Source: Massalongia carnosa
Taxonomy: Eukaryota
DNA: 64,000 nt
Direction of reading: 5' to 3'
Assembly (NCBI GenBank): GCA_965645245.1
Contig: OZ287084.1
Coordinates: 1,178,001 to 1,242,000, forward strand
Part shown: positions 35,620 to 49,666 of the stretch, piece after piece
Numbering within the stretch: the first letter of the stretch is position 1
Layout of the letters: the number at the start of each line of letters is the position of its first letter
The notes under the pieces: model-generated
The model's database searches: none
Told to the model about the DNA's origin: nothing
What the model saw: only the letters and a program-made list of their open reading frames with translations
Program-made: the position numbers and the translations under genes

Positions 35620-36474
35620 TTACCACTTCATCTCGTGAGGTCTGTCGCCGCTACGGAGGCTGAATGTGCTGCGCAAGTATTCAAAGAGATGCGGTTCTTT
35701 CTTGATGTTGGTTAAAAGCGCCTTATCAACAGCTTTCTGGTCACTTGCACGAGCGCTTGCAACCTTCTTCTTCTGTGAATTACTAAAGTTAGCGGCAAAG
35801 CGTTTTCGGCTCAAAATAGCAAAAAAACACGAACCTCGGGCTTTTCTCCTTGCTTGAAGAAAGCCTCCTCCCCACTTTTATCCTGCTTTTTCTCTCGCGT
35901 GAAATACCCTTCCCCGCCGACCTTTTCGACTACCTTTTCGTCGATCCCCTTCAATTCAACCTTCGCCGAGGTTGCGATCACGTATCGTGCGTTGACTCTC
36001 CGCAGTGGAACGCCGTTCACTTTGAATGGGCCGGTGACCAAGAGAATGCCTTGTGATAGGTGTTTGAGTAGGATGACACGCTTGCCGCGGAAACGACCGG
36101 CGAGAAGGATAAGAACAGCTCCGGGCAGAAGAGTTGCTCGGGGTTTAGCAGGCTTGATAGATTTGCGGACCTATGAGAGTAAAAGATTAACTTGGCATTG
36201 GAATGACATGTCGCTTTATAGGTCGAAGTGCGACAGAAGCTCTGACACATCAACACGCAATCGGCAGATATCAAGGGTTTCTATGGGCCAGCTTCTCGAA
36301 TTCTAAGACTATCTGAAGAAATACTGTGACTCCACCTACCTTCTTTGGTCTGCTCTCATCTTCCGCAGGATAGTACTTCTTCGCTTTTTGCGTATGGTGA
36401 GGTATCTCGCGTTCGCCTTTGCCGAACTTCTTGGTCTGGCTGGTGGCCTGACTTGACTCTTGTTTCGAAGGCAT
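35620..36474 (-). CDS. RPL6: 60S ribosomal protein L6 (eL6)
   Basis: [41 protein letters not shown] and PHEMKW; 2 introns. Confidence 0.96.
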
Positions 36475-36733
36475 TGTGTATGAAGGGTTGAGGCGGTATG
36501 GCTGGCAGGATGGTGGTCGACAAGATAATGTAGCGAATTGTCGTGATGCGAAGGCAAGGTGTGCCCTAAAGCCTTTTGTGTGCGTCTCTCGCTTGAAATG
36601 GAGCTAATTAGGAGGTGGAAAATAGCTGCGTCGATTTACCAATTTTGCCCTAGCTGCCGTGCTGCCGTTGATCCGCCCTGTATTCTCAACCACGTACTTC
36701 ACACAAGCTTGCACTGTCGAACACACTCTCATC

Positions 36734-38256
36734 ATGTCAAATGCGCCTATAATTACCTTCAAGGCTGGAGCATGCACTTTTGATGTATGTTTTGTCCAAC
36801 GATTAAGAATGCAGCTTTACATTAAAGGTATCTTGCCTGGTATTGACAGCCATCGCAGACTTCCACATCACCTCCAAAAGTAATACCAAAGCCGACCCCA
36901 GGTTATCTTTACCTCTTTGAGGAAGATGAGCTTATACATTTTTGCTGGCGGCCTCGATCCGCTTCAATGTCTCAGCCTGAATTAGAACTCATAATGGTCC
37001 CGGCCGATGGCAGGTTTACACCCTACGAACCCCGCCACAATGTTACGACCGAAATGTTAGCAACACATGGCAGGATATTTGTTCTCAAGTTTCAATCAAG
37101 CACGCAAAGGCATTTCTTTTGGCTGCAGTCTAAGCCTCAGCATTCGGAAGGTCTGGTGGCTTGGTTCAGTCCTCGTGATCTGAAGCTGGGCCAGATAGTA
37201 GATCGGCTCCTCCAGGGTGATGAGGTTAATGTGGGGGAAGAGATGGCCGACCTTCCCAACATTCATGAGGATGATGGAGATGACGACGATGACTTCCGGT
37301 CGCGAATGGAAGACGTGAGATCGGAGGCGCAAAAGGGTCCGCCAGAAAACATCTCCGCTGGAGATCCTTTCATGGGCGATCCCGGTGACGAAGGACAGAA
37401 CTCCAGAGAAGGGGGAGCTGATGGAGGGCGAGCGTAGGTGCTATTCCTAATTAATTATGTACACATATGAAGGGTTGGGTGGATTGTATTCATCTTGAAG
37501 CTTGCAAACGGTTGTATTGGCTGGTTGAGATTGGATTGGCTGATGACTAGACCAAGCCTTGTCTTTGGTGCTGTTCACACGAGATAGAATCAAAGGCTAA
37601 GAGCATCCTCTCGAATACAAGAATAGCAAATTTGTGTCAATCTATTCACGCATAATATTTCCGAAATTACTGACAACTGCTTTATTAGTGCAGCAATGCC
37701 TTCCGATGATGCTGCTGCTGCTGCGGTGCAGAACTTTTTAAGATCCATACAGAGCGACCACGCCATAGGCCAGCAGCAAGCACCTACGCAAAGGTCTCCT
37801 TTTACTACTCTCCCTGATCTACTACCTCCGTCAACCACAATACCAATAATGGACAGCGCAGATGAAGCATTTGCCAACCATCTTCTTGAGTATCTCCCGC
37901 TAGACTTGGTACATTTAAATCAAGAAGCCGACAATCCTGGCTCTGCAGAATCGACCCCAGAGACCTGGAAAGCAGCTATCAAGACCTCAAGCTTAGATAC
38001 GAAGAAGGAAATTCTGCGGAAAGTGCTCCGATCGCCCCAGTTCTCACAAAGTCTGAGTAGCCTTACGGTTGCTTTGAGAGACGGGGGATTACCGAGTATT
38101 GGCGACGCTCTGGGAGTTTCTCTAGAGAACCGAGGGTTTGTTAGCGGCGGTGGAATTCCAATCGGAGGTGGCGACGCGGTCAAAGCGTTCCTGGATGGAG
38201 TCAAGGCGGCTATAGAGAGGGAAGAGGCGGAGAAATCTGAAATGGATACAAGTTGA
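36734..38256 (+). CDS. RPN13: Proteasome ubiquitin receptor Rpn13
   Basis: Pru domain (IITFKAG...LIHFCWRPR...RIFVLKFQSSTQRHFFWLQ) and a C-terminal LRSPQFSQSL DEUBAD-like region. Divergent from RPL6. Confidence 0.9.
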
Positions 38257-38730
38257 AAATGAAGACCCTTGATTCTACTCACTTTGGGCTTCAGTGTCAT
38301 AACATAGTTCACAAACCGTTACTCTGTACACTATGTAACTTTGGTAAGAATATTGATACCCACGGCTTGAATATTGCTAAATTTAGATACAAAAGACCGG
38401 GAGCTCTGATGTTTTGTTTTTCAGTAGGTACCTATACACATCACGTGCTGCCTTAGCTTAAGTTACCTTTCTATGATCGCCAAGTAAAGTTCCGTTCGCC
38501 TGCGACGCGACCAGAGAGCAATCTGTAGAGTTTTTGTTTGCGCCAAAAGCTTTCAGCATTCCTGCTGTAGTCGCATATTATCCTGCTTCACGAAATTTGT
38601 GAAAACTTTTGTGCTATATTTTGATTTCCCTGATTTGGGCCCTGCGCTCAGTGCTCCATAATTATTACCCTATCGAAGTCTTGGTTTGGCGATTGAACAA
38701 GACGTTCTTGGGGCTGATAATTTGCCCGCA

Positions 38731-40656
38731 ATGACTACGAACCCGCAGGCGTTCATCTCTAGCTATGCCCCACGGCTAAGAGCTTACCTTAATTCTCTAC
38801 TCACCCCCGTGATCCCGCCCACTACTGCCCAGAATGTTCCGTTGTCCCGAACAACTAAAAGAGGGACTATCGCTATTAACTACGCCGAAAACGAGTATGA
38901 TGATGATGACTTCGACGACAGCGAGGGCCCCCGGCGACCGACTGGGCTAAGAAGTCGGAGAGAAGATCCGAATCAGGCGAAGGAGGGAATTGCGGACAAG
39001 TTTGGGAAAGAGTTAACGCGACCTTTGGAAGTGCAAGGCATTTGGAGGGACTGGATGGGAAAGCCAAAGCTGGTGAAGTAAACTCCAAGCTGATAATTTC
39101 TTTCGGTAATGAAGGTACTCACGAACTTTCCAGGACCGATAAACAGCTTCATGGTCAGAACGCGCTTCCTCTAACCCTGATACCGATTCGAATAGATCTT
39201 GATATACCTTCATTTACGCCCCACCCCGCCCTTCCGCTTCCATCAGATGCTCAGCTCTTTGGCATAAACCCGTCCCTACCAGCCTACAAGACACCTGAGC
39301 CGACTACTCCTTACAGGCTAAAAGATGTTTTTCTTTGGAACTTACACGAGACGCTAATCACACCAGATCAATTTGCGACGATCTTAATTAATGATCTTGA
39401 TCTTCCTAATGCTGCAGGGCTGGCAATACAAGTGAGCAATCAGATTCGGACTCAGCTAGAAGAGTATGCTGGCGTGGCCTTACATCCTTTGTTTCACTCG
39501 ACAAACAATGCTACAAGTAATGGCCATGGAAGCAAAAGTCGGATGACTGCTACCTCGCGAGAAAACTCGATTACTCCTAGCTACGCCGGTTTCGGCACAG
39601 CTGCAGCTAACAGAGCCAATGGCATTATCCAAAATAATGGGCGTGCTTCCCCTGTCAATATATCTAAAAACGTTTCAGCCGTTGCCATGCCTATCTCAGC
39701 TCCTGCATTGAACGAGTTCAACCCTGATGATACCTATCGTTGCATTATCACGCTCAACATTAACCTTCAAAACAAGCTTTTCACAGACAAGTTCGAGTGG
39801 TCGCTACTCCATCCACCAGGAGTTGCTGAAAGATTCGCTAAGCAAACATGCGCGGATATTGGGCTCTCTGGTGAGTGGGTACCTGCCATGGCGCATGCTA
39901 TCTACGAAGCCGTCCTACGGTTAAAGAAGGAGGCATGCGAAAGTGGGGGTCTAGTGGGTGGTAACGGCCATGAAGGTGAGATCGACAACCTTGCCCTCGA
40001 GGGTCAAGAGGCTGGCTGGAGGTTTGATAACGAGCATCTTGCCGATGAGTGGGAACCAAAGGTTGAGAGACTATCCAAGGAAGAGATTGAAAAACGAGAA
40101 GGTGATCGAGAGAGGCAAATCAGAAGATTGCGCAGGGAAACCGCCAGGTTCTCATCGACAACCAACATGGCTGGGGGTGTGCCGACGCCAGGTGGGTACT
40201 TTGATCAAACAGAAAGTGCCGAGACGCCAATGGGCAGGGGGGAGCGGAGTAAAAAGAAGAGACGATTTAGAAGCTTGAGCCCATCCGGACGGAGCGGCAC
40301 TCCAGGTGGACGAGGAACGCCAGACGGGGGTACAGTGGGTTATGGGGGGGGCGGGGGCCTGAATGAGTGGTATATCCGTTTCACGCACTGGTAATGTAGC
40401 CTGAGCTAACCGTGCTCGTTAGGGAGAGGCAAACCTGGCGGTGTTCCCATTGCTTGGTTCATGGTTCGGCTGCTTGGGCGGTTCGAGATGGGCCAAATGG
40501 CCCGAGGGTAAGGACGCGCTCCAACATGTCGAGGATAACGCTGACGCGAGGCAGTCTTTGTGCAACAATTGTGGTCTGGTGTACGAACGGGACAAACGGC
40601 TTCCACCGTGGGCGAAAAACTTGCACATTCAAGATATACAGCTTGGGGCGCGTTGA
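38731..40656 (+). CDS. SFH1: RSC complex subunit Sfh1 (SNF5 domain, C-terminal GATA-like Zn finger)
   Basis: TTKRGTIAINYAE, LIPIRIDLD, DKFEWSL, RERQIRRLRRE and WRCSHC...LCNNCG. Confidence 0.9.
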
Positions 40657-41721
40657 ATCAATCTCGTGGTTGGTTTCATTCTCAAAAACGTTCCGGCGGC
40701 TCGATTGATATTGGGTTTGTACGATTCACCATATATGCACGGCGCTTGGTGGGGGATCATGAATCAATGATCTTGGTTGTATCAACGATTTGGGATGCAA
40801 GGCGAGGAAAGGCCACAGAGGCGACGGAGAGCTTGTTCGAAGAAAATGGGTTAAGTTATCCTGAGATTTCGACGGATTTCTAGGCCCGGTTGAACTGTTT
40901 CGCCAGTTGATATGCGCATGGAACTACGTATCTTCCCCGTTGTGGGCCCTAATTCCGATGTACTTTAAATAGCAATGATCGTCGGTACTTTGGAGTTCCA
41001 CGCAATGACAGAGTAATCAGAGAAGAACCAGGAGGGTCGTGGAAGAATCCCGACACCATTTAACTACATCTTGTCCAGTGATACCACGTAATTGGGCGGG
41101 CGGGTTCCCAACCCCTGGGCGGTACTCAGTACTCAGTACTCTGATATGTACAAGCCGTACCTGCAAATCGAAAAGGGGGAATCTGTGGCTTGATAGCTTT
41201 ACCGATTAGGCGGTCGTGGTTAATTAGCATGCGAGATTGTCACATGTCAGGTACGAGTACCGTGTACTTCGTAACTCTGTACCGTTTCACAGATTACCTG
41301 CAGAATCGATTAATCAATTAATCAATCAATCAATCTTAACCTCAGGCTAGATCAATACATAAGATGTACTTGACTAGTTTCACCCTGGCTCGGTACCCAG
41401 GAGACCTCCAGCTTTAGAGGAAACCGATCTTCCTCGCGTTGTTGCTGTCATGTACACATATTCGGCTTCAATTCCACTTCTACAACAGCGACTTCCAGCC
41501 GTGACGTTGACGGGACCTTTTACACTCCATTCTGTGCGAGTGTTGGGTGGTGTGCATGCTTTGGCCCCCCGCCGCCATCCCATGCCCAATCACCACCGCT
41601 CCTGTGGCTCTCAGCCGCGCCAAACCTTTAGTGAGCAGTGTCAGTGTCGAGGCCAGCCGTCGCATTCTGTGCCGCTGGTCCCGCTTTTCTGGGACCTGCA
41701 TTTGCACTGATCACCGCCACG

Positions 41722-44565
41722 ATGATCACTCATTCCGCGCCTCCGCATCCCGTACCACCCCGAACCTCCTTGCGCATCACAAACCGACGACGTTCGCTGC
41801 CTGCTTCTGCGGCGACTCCTCCTGCTCAGCGTTCTGCCAATCACGTCAACGTGAAACCGGCATCGCCAGCCGTCATATCGTCTCTGATTTCTACCCTTTC
41901 CGCTATTTCGCCTCCAATTGGAAGTCCGTGGGGCGATTTATCGGACAACTATTTATCGTACTCTACCCCATCGTCGCCACTCCCTAATCAGGCAGAGTAT
42001 CCTCACATAGTTGGGCCTGGAGGCTATGTCTATAAGTCGGACACGACCTCGCCCGCTAGGATGGGCTTCGGCATGGACTGTGAGGTACACCATAAGTCTG
42101 ATCTATTGAAGGAGAAATTTTATCTGGACCCAAACGATGCTGCGGGCGCCCCTACCATTCACAAGTCGCCGAGGCGGTACCCTTCGGATATTACAATGCG
42201 ATCAATGTTAAATGGAACCGAGATTGAACACAGTAATGCCTTGGACGAGACTTCCAGTATTGGGAACCTCAGCATTGAGCCGGGACCTATGGTCTCTTCT
42301 GCAAGCATAGCATCGATCGGAAGTGAGAGTCGTAAAAGTTATAGGAGTTTCAAGAGCTTGAGATTTAGAAACTCCAAGAGCGATCTACGCAAAGAGCCGC
42401 TAAATCCTCGATTGGACGAGGTATCTTCGCCCACCCAGGCTGAAGTTGATACCGAACATAAAACGAACGGTGTGGACGACTTTCTTCTCACCGCTTTTGA
42501 GTCACCAATGATGATTGGAAGTAATGCCGAGAAAGATTTGCCACCAGAGTCCCAGCGTTTCCCATCACGAGCGTCCTCTGTATGCATCACAACCTTCAAG
42601 GACGATCTGGATTCGCGTTCCGATGGGTCAAAGTGCGCCCCAGGCTCTGTTAGTAGTAGCAGAGTCATACCTACCAGGGATTCATCGTTAAGGCGGAGCT
42701 GCGGTGGAAGTTCTCCCCATCAGAAGCGAAGGTCCTATAGGTCTGATCGAAGCGGGCCTCAGGAACCGGAGAAACTATCGTTCGATTATAATCGTGGCTC
42801 CCCTATCCCCATATCCCAGAGTGTTTTTGAAGATATAGCCGAGGACGATGTATCTCGTCGGATCAGGGAGCTCAAAACCCAGAAAAAGCTAAGGGATAGC
42901 CCTCCACCCATCATCACACCAGAATCGCCGATAGCCTTGGAAACTCCTGGGCCGAGTCGCACTCCCTCTCCTTTGCCTCTAGTTGAAAGTGTTATCTCTC
43001 AAGCATCGTATGTGTTGCAAGCATCCCGAGCCCCTGAAGTTGAGGGGTATAGTGTTGATGAAGCAACCGAATCAAGCGCTCCATCCCCGTTAATCATGCA
43101 AAGAGCCACCCGAGATAAAAGTACACGAGTGACCTCGATGCCTTCTAAAGCTACCATAAATAGGCCCTTTCCGCTCATCAAGCACAACACCGAGCCGAAA
43201 CTAGGAACTGCATCTCTGCCTCAAAGATCCAATTCTCGTCTATTGAGGCGCCTTTCTCGGCCGGTAAGCCCAACGAATTTTGAGAAACACAAGAGGACAT
43301 TCTCAAACCCCTTGTTCGATGAACGGCCGAAAAGCACCGACTCCGTAGACCATGCGGTAGATGACTACATCTCGTCGTCGAGATTATCACAGAAAATCAC
43401 CCATTCCCAGACTGGACGGATAATATCCTTTTCAGAGGTTGGCGATCCTGATGGTTCGGTGATTTTCTGTTGCGTCGGAATGGGATTGACAAGATATATC
43501 ACCGCTTTTTACGATGAATTGGCCTCTACATTAAACCTTCGGTTGATCACCCCCGATCGTCCCGGCGTTGGTGGTAGTGAAGCTCACTTGGATGGATCGG
43601 ACACGCCCCTTGGGTGGCCAGGTAACCCATCGTTTGCGGCTTGTTGTTTAAAGCCAGGCTAATATCAATATCTAGACGACGTACTCGCCATTTGTCAGCA
43701 TCTTAAGCTTACAAAGTTCTCAATCTTAGCCCATTCTGCAGGTGCCATTTACGCTCTCGCAACGGCACTCCGGATGCCTCAACATATCCGCGGCCGTATC
43801 CACCTACTGGCTCCGTGGATTCCACCATCTCAAATGTCAGCCTTTGGCGCCCAACAAGACGCGTCGCCTGTGGGTGCTTTGCCATATTCGCAGCGCTTTT
43901 TGAGGTCTCTTCCCACCCCGTTTCTGCGCGCTGCCAATTCAAGCTTCTTGAATGCCACCAGCGCAAGAATTACCACTAGCCTGCCCAAATCTCCTCGGCG
44001 CTCTAAACGCAAAAGCATCAGTATTGACCAGTCCAGTGTCACGAATGGCAGCAAACGCGATCAGCCCGCTTCTCCAAACCTCCTTGAAAATGGAAACACT
44101 GAGGCCTCCATATCCAAAGAAGCTGCTCTTTCGGGCACCCGAACCAACACGGCTATAAACGATGGCCTGACGTTCCGCATCGCGGAAAAAGTGCGACAGT
44201 CGACTTATGATATTCGCCTCACCGAAGCCATCTGGAATTCTGCCACCACGGATGCGAACCCGGCGGTGGATTTGTTGATTTGTCTCGAAAGGTGTCAGCC
44301 CATTGGCTTTCGGTATGTTGACATTACCCGATCTGTAGTGATCCACCATGGGAGCAAAGATAATCGAGTGCCCGTGGAAAACGTGAAATGGCTCGCCAAA
44401 AGCATGAGGAGATGCGAGGTCCGCGTGTTGGAGGGGGAGGGCCACGGGCTAATGGCCTCGGCTGCGGTGATGGGAGGCGTGCTGATGGAGATGGCAAAGG
44501 AATGGGAGGACTGGATTCGGCTTGTGCGAGGGAAGAGTGGCACGGAGAGAAAAGCAACGAGATGA
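41722..44565 (+). CDS. Alpha/beta-hydrolase domain protein with long disordered N-terminus
   Basis: ISFSEVGDPDG, LITPDRPGVG, nucleophile elbow AHSAG, HGSKD and GEGHGL. The start codon is uncertain. Confidence 0.85.
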
Positions 44566-45402
44566 CATTAGAGGAGAACGACTGCGATAATGACGCGGAA
44601 AGAATCACGTGGGCGGCAAGGGACATTGCAAGGATTTTCTCCGGCAGGAACGGTGATACCAGGCTCGTTCACAGATTTTTAGCATTGCATCAGCTTGAGT
44701 TTTTTGGGGGGTGGGGAGGCAGCGTTTTGGGTTCGACGTGCTGGTTTCGTCGACAGGAAGGCCTCTCTCTCTCTCTCGCGGAGTGAAGAGGGAGAGACCT
44801 GGAGGCGTAGGGGGCATTTTAGAAAGATGCTCTGATCCTTTTATTCGTAGTGGCTAATGTAATCTCGCGAATCATCGCTCGTGGAAATCTCGATCGTGAC
44901 GTGGTGCTGCTGCTGAACGATGCTTGATGTCCGACATTGGTACTCTATACATATATATACGTGGGCACCATGCGGTGGTTGAGTGAGCTATGTATATGGA
45001 TGGGTATCTGTCAAACGTGCCCGTCTATCATTCGTCACGGCTTTCCACCCCACCCCCTCTATCGTAGTATTTTCTTTTTCTGGGTTTCTTTTCCTTTTCC
45101 TTTTCTTTTTTTCTTTCGCGTGGGTCTTCTTCATCTCCTTCCTTGTTCTACCACCATCTGTCCGCAACAACAATTCCACCCCTAATTAGTTAGTTAGTTA
45201 CTTTAGTAGTTGGTTTCAAAATACGTACGATCACCAGCTTTCTCTCTACTCATTTTATATCCATCCCATACATCCATCCATCCATCAGTTTTTTTTTACG
45301 TGTACTAATTGCAGCTAGCTAGCTGTAGTTATTTAAGTTTGTGTTAAATAGTTATAATAGAATCTATATGTACACATAAGATCGAGAAAATAACAAACAA
45401 CC

Positions 45403-45514
45403 AGCCTCGTGGCGCAGTGGTTAGCGCGCCGTTCTTATATCAAATCTTCTAGAATTGATATGGCTATTATCTTGGGTGATGCGGATGTCGCGAGTTCAAG
45501 TCTCGCCGAGGCTA
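45403..45514 (+). tRNA. tRNA-Ile(UAU) with intron
   Basis: Acceptor stem AGCCTCG/CGAGGCT, A-box TGGCGCAGTGG, anticodon TAT at 45436-45438, intron ~45440-45478, T-loop GTTCAAGTC and a downstream T-run. Confidence 0.92.
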
Positions 45515-46266
45515 ATGTTTCTTTTTTGGCTGTTCGTTGTATATTATATATATAATATACAAAGAAAGAGAGAGGGGAGAGAGAGAGAGAGAGAGATACA
45601 CTGTAAAAATGCGTTCGTTCTCAATTACCTTGCTGGATTGAATTGGTGGTTGGTTGTTGGAGGAGGAGGAGGATGATGATGATGAGAGAGAGGATGAGTG
45701 AGAGAGAGAGAGACGTAGATGATGGATAAATTAAGATCCTCCTCCTCCTGTACACACACATACTGAATGGAAATAGATAGAGGTACTTACTTTTTCGTAC
45801 TGCCAACTAATCCAATCAATCAATGTTCCCCGTTGTCGCTTCCTTCCTTCCCTTTTCCGTTTCCTAATTTATTGCCATTGCCATTTACTTTTTATAAACA
45901 ACTCGACTATTCGTTTCCCAATCGCCCTATTATCATCATCATCATCACCATCATTACGCTACATGATAAATCATTGCGAATTATTGTCAACCAACTATAT
46001 CCATAATCCTTCGGACTAGTTGGGTAGCCCCTATCTTAGTTAGATTCAACCCCCCCCCTTTCCGCGTCTGAAAGCGCAAGATCTACATATTTTCGATTTT
46101 ATACAAATATAGGTTTCTTCGAAGCAAGAAACGACAGCGCATTCAGTCAGCCCTCACCAGCGAGGGACCAAGTCAGAGGAAAGCTTCAGGTGTTCTAAAC
46201 TCCGCCGCTGTCAAAAACGCTAGAGCATTCGACGCTAGCCAGCGCATCCAAATAGCCACCAGGAAA

Positions 46267-47260
46267 ATGCCTTCTGCGCGCCGAGTCAAGCTTCTCGCCT
46301 TGTTTGTAGCCATTTCGGTCTTCGCGCTTCTCTATCTCACAGTATGTTGACTTCCAAACCCCATCCCTCCTCTCCCTCGAGCGGTGTTTGTTTCCACTCG
46401 TGGAATCCGAAAGAGAAAGAGGTTCTAAAGCGCGGCCCCCCCGCAATACAGAACAATGCCCGGCGAACCCAAGCGCAGGATTTCTACGCGTCCACCATCG
46501 CCGCCATGGACGCGGAAAATGGCAAACATGCCAAAGCCGTCCAAGAAGTCAACTACGCCTCAAATCCAGCCATGGCGCAAAAACTAATCGAGGTGCAGAA
46601 AGCGGCCGAGGCAGAGCCGATGATCATGTACCGGCCGAAATCCCCCTTGATCCCCGACGGGCCTGTCCCCGAAGCCGACGCTTCGGCGTTCGAACCGGGC
46701 GGGAAAAGCGTGGCGGGGAGGAAAAAGATGAAGGGTGGCGAGAAATGGGACGTGGCTACCGGGAAGGAGGCCGCCATGGTGGTGGACAAGGAGGGCGGGA
46801 GCAAGGAGCCGCCGAAGGAGGAGACGCAGGAGGAGCACGACATTGAGGTTGAGCTGACCAGTATCCTGAAAAGGGGGCCGAGTAAGTCCTTCTCCTCGCC
46901 CTCATGATGTATCGAATCACCCCGAGAAGCTGACATGCAGCCGCGCCCCGCTCTCTAGTTATCATCTTTTCCAAATCCTACTGCCCCTACTCGACCAAAG
47001 CCAAGCACATCCTGCTCGAGAAATACACCATCGTGCCCGCGCCCTTCGTGGTGGAACTCGACACGCACCCCCTGGGCCCCGGCCTGCAGGCCGCCCTGGC
47101 CAAAACCACCGGCCGAAGCACCGTGCCCAACGTGCTCATCAACGGCAAGAGCATCGGCGGCGGGGATGACGTCGAGGCCCTCGACGTGAGCGGCGAACTG
47201 ATCAACAAGGTCAAGAGCATGGGCGCCAAACGCATCATCGAGGCGAAACCGGCGTCCTAA
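46267..47260 (+). CDS. Membrane-anchored monothiol glutaredoxin (Grx6/7-like)
   Basis: N-terminal hydrophobic anchor, FSKSYCPYS and TGRSTVPNVLINGKSIGGGD; 2 introns. Confidence 0.88.
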
Positions 47261-47913
47261 TGGCTTTCCCCCCCCCGGGGGGCAAACTGTGGGGGCGAGG
47301 GGGGGGGACAGCATCCAATGTGTATGTATGTATATATGGGGGGCATGGGTGGGGTTGTTCCTATTTTTGGGCGAAAACTGGGGGCTCCAACGCGACTTCT
47401 TAAGGGGTTGCGATGGGCTAGGTTGGATTGGGCCCGGTTAGGTGGATTTTTTTGCTCTGGATACCCCTTCCCTTATGTGTGTGTGTAGTTTGTATAGAGT
47501 AGTATATTATTAACTACCTCGGTTTAGGTGAAATCTATTTTTTTTTGGAACTCAGGGCAGGCAGGACACGCAACAGGCTAGGTATTTATTTTGCTCTTTC
47601 TGCAAGCCGGGGGGGGGACACGTATATATACACACATGCAAGAGTTAATCATGTGAGTCCTTCTTTCTGCACTTTATTTTATTTACTCTATCTATCTATC
47701 CTGCTTTTATTCTATCCGTTTACTCTGTTTATTCTATTAATTCTGCTTTACTCTCTCTCTACTCTACTCTACTCTACTCTATATGTAAGGAAGGGGCCTT
47801 AAGGGGAGGTGTCGGCTCGAGTATTTATATAAGTACCTATGTCTTTTATGTATGTATGCATGTATATGATATGTATGTGTATGTCTAATTTTAGTTATCC
47901 GCCTTGCTAGCTT

Positions 47914-47952
47914 TTCTTCTTCTTCTTCTTCTTCTTCTTCTTCTTCTTCTTC
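47914..47952. repeat. (TTC)13 microsatellite
   Basis: Perfect trinucleotide run. The surrounding 44.7-48.1 kb has many other simple repeats (GA, ACTCT, GAT, TATG). Confidence 0.9.
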
Positions 47953-48815
47953 TCCCTCCTACCTAACCGATTAGGTTTATTTAAACATACCGCGCGCACG
48001 TACGTAGTAGCTAGCTAGCATCTTCCTCTCTTTCTTTTCTTTTCGATTTTATTCTTCGATTTATTTCTTCTTCATTCAATATATTTGAAAGACTTGAAAG
48101 AATTAGAAAAAGTAGACAGAAGATGGAAAATATGTGTATATGGATGGATGGGTATATCCATTGTGTTGGTTCAACACCAAATCAAATGTCTTGAGGTTTT
48201 GCAGTCGGCCTAGAATATCCTCTCAATCACTTCTCTCACTAAGTAAAGCGACAGAGGGAATACCATACATCATTCCAAACAGGTAACCGAAATATTTCTG
48301 TAGCGAGCCCATCATCAGGATTGAAGCAATGACCTCATCTGTTTGTGTCGTAGTCGTGAACGAGGGCATAATCCATTTTCTTAGCTCTGGATCGACAACC
48401 TTTGGTCAAGCAGATAGCCGAACGTCTGGGCCATAGAACCGAAATCTACTGTGTAACGGTTGCCGACTGCTTTTACTTCTAGTTCCTCCTTGTCCTTATG
48501 AGCAACACACTGCCCACGGAGTTCTTCTGCATACCTGTTGATGTAGTTACTTTAATTAGGCGAGTATTGCGAGCCAGACATCTCCGGGTCTCAACTTGAT
48601 GATGAATGAGGAAACAAGAGACGAAAGGTGAAATGGTAGGAAGAATGAGGATGACGGTTGATTTTTTGATTCTCCATAACTAAGTTGTTTTTGGTTTAGC
48701 GGAAACACTCCTCCCTAAGCGAGACCTGTGGCCACACAACCGGGCATTTCAATTTCGTATCGACCAAAGCACAGAAACTCATTTCTAAACGCCATTCGGC
48801 CCCCCAGCAACCAAG

Positions 48816-49666
48816 ATGAGGTACATTCATTCTCAAGAATCGTTGACAATTCCCGAAAATGGTAAGTCATACAGTCACGGCGCAAAATCGAGGCATCTTG
48901 CGGAAATTATTATGCTGACGCCGGTGCAGTCAAGGTCCATATCAAGTCGAGAATTGTCACGGTAGAAGGCCCAAGAGGTTTGTACCATATTCGAATGGCG
49001 CAAAACACAAGATGATTCTAATTGAAGCCCTGTGTCAGGCAAACTTGTCAAGAACATGGCCCATCTCTCAGTTTGCTTCTCCCATCCATCAAAGAACATT
49101 ATAAATATCGAGCTACATCACGGCGCACGGAAGAACGTTGCCACACTTCGGACTGTCAAAACCATCATTAACAACCTGATAATTGGCGTCACCAAGGGTT
49201 TCAAATACAAGATGCGCTACGTGTATGCCCACTTCCCCATCAACGTCAACCTCGAGAAGAATTCTGAAACCGGGCTTTACGAGGTGGATATCCGGTATGT
49301 TTAATATTTGCGCTTGCCGCAACGTTTGGAAACATCGTGGCAAACATCCTCTGAAATTATAATCCTAACAACCACAGGAATTTTATTGGGGAGAAGATTG
49401 TTCGGAGAGTTACCATGCAGCCAGGGGTAGATGTGGAAATCTCGAAAAACCAGAAAGATGAGATACAGCTTACTGGCAACTCTTTGGAGAACGTTTCGCA
49501 AAGCGCGGCCGACATTCAACAAATCTGCCGAGTTAGGAACAAAGATATCCGCAAGGTATGCAATACTCGAGAGATTTTTCAGGGTATTTAAATGCTAAGA
49601 TATTTATACATATAGTTCCTAGACGGTCTATATGTATCAGAAAGGGGCAACATTGAAGAGGCATAA
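48816..49666 (+). CDS. RPL9: 60S ribosomal protein L9 (uL6)
   Basis: [28 protein letters not shown] and [15 protein letters not shown]; 4 introns. Confidence 0.96.
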
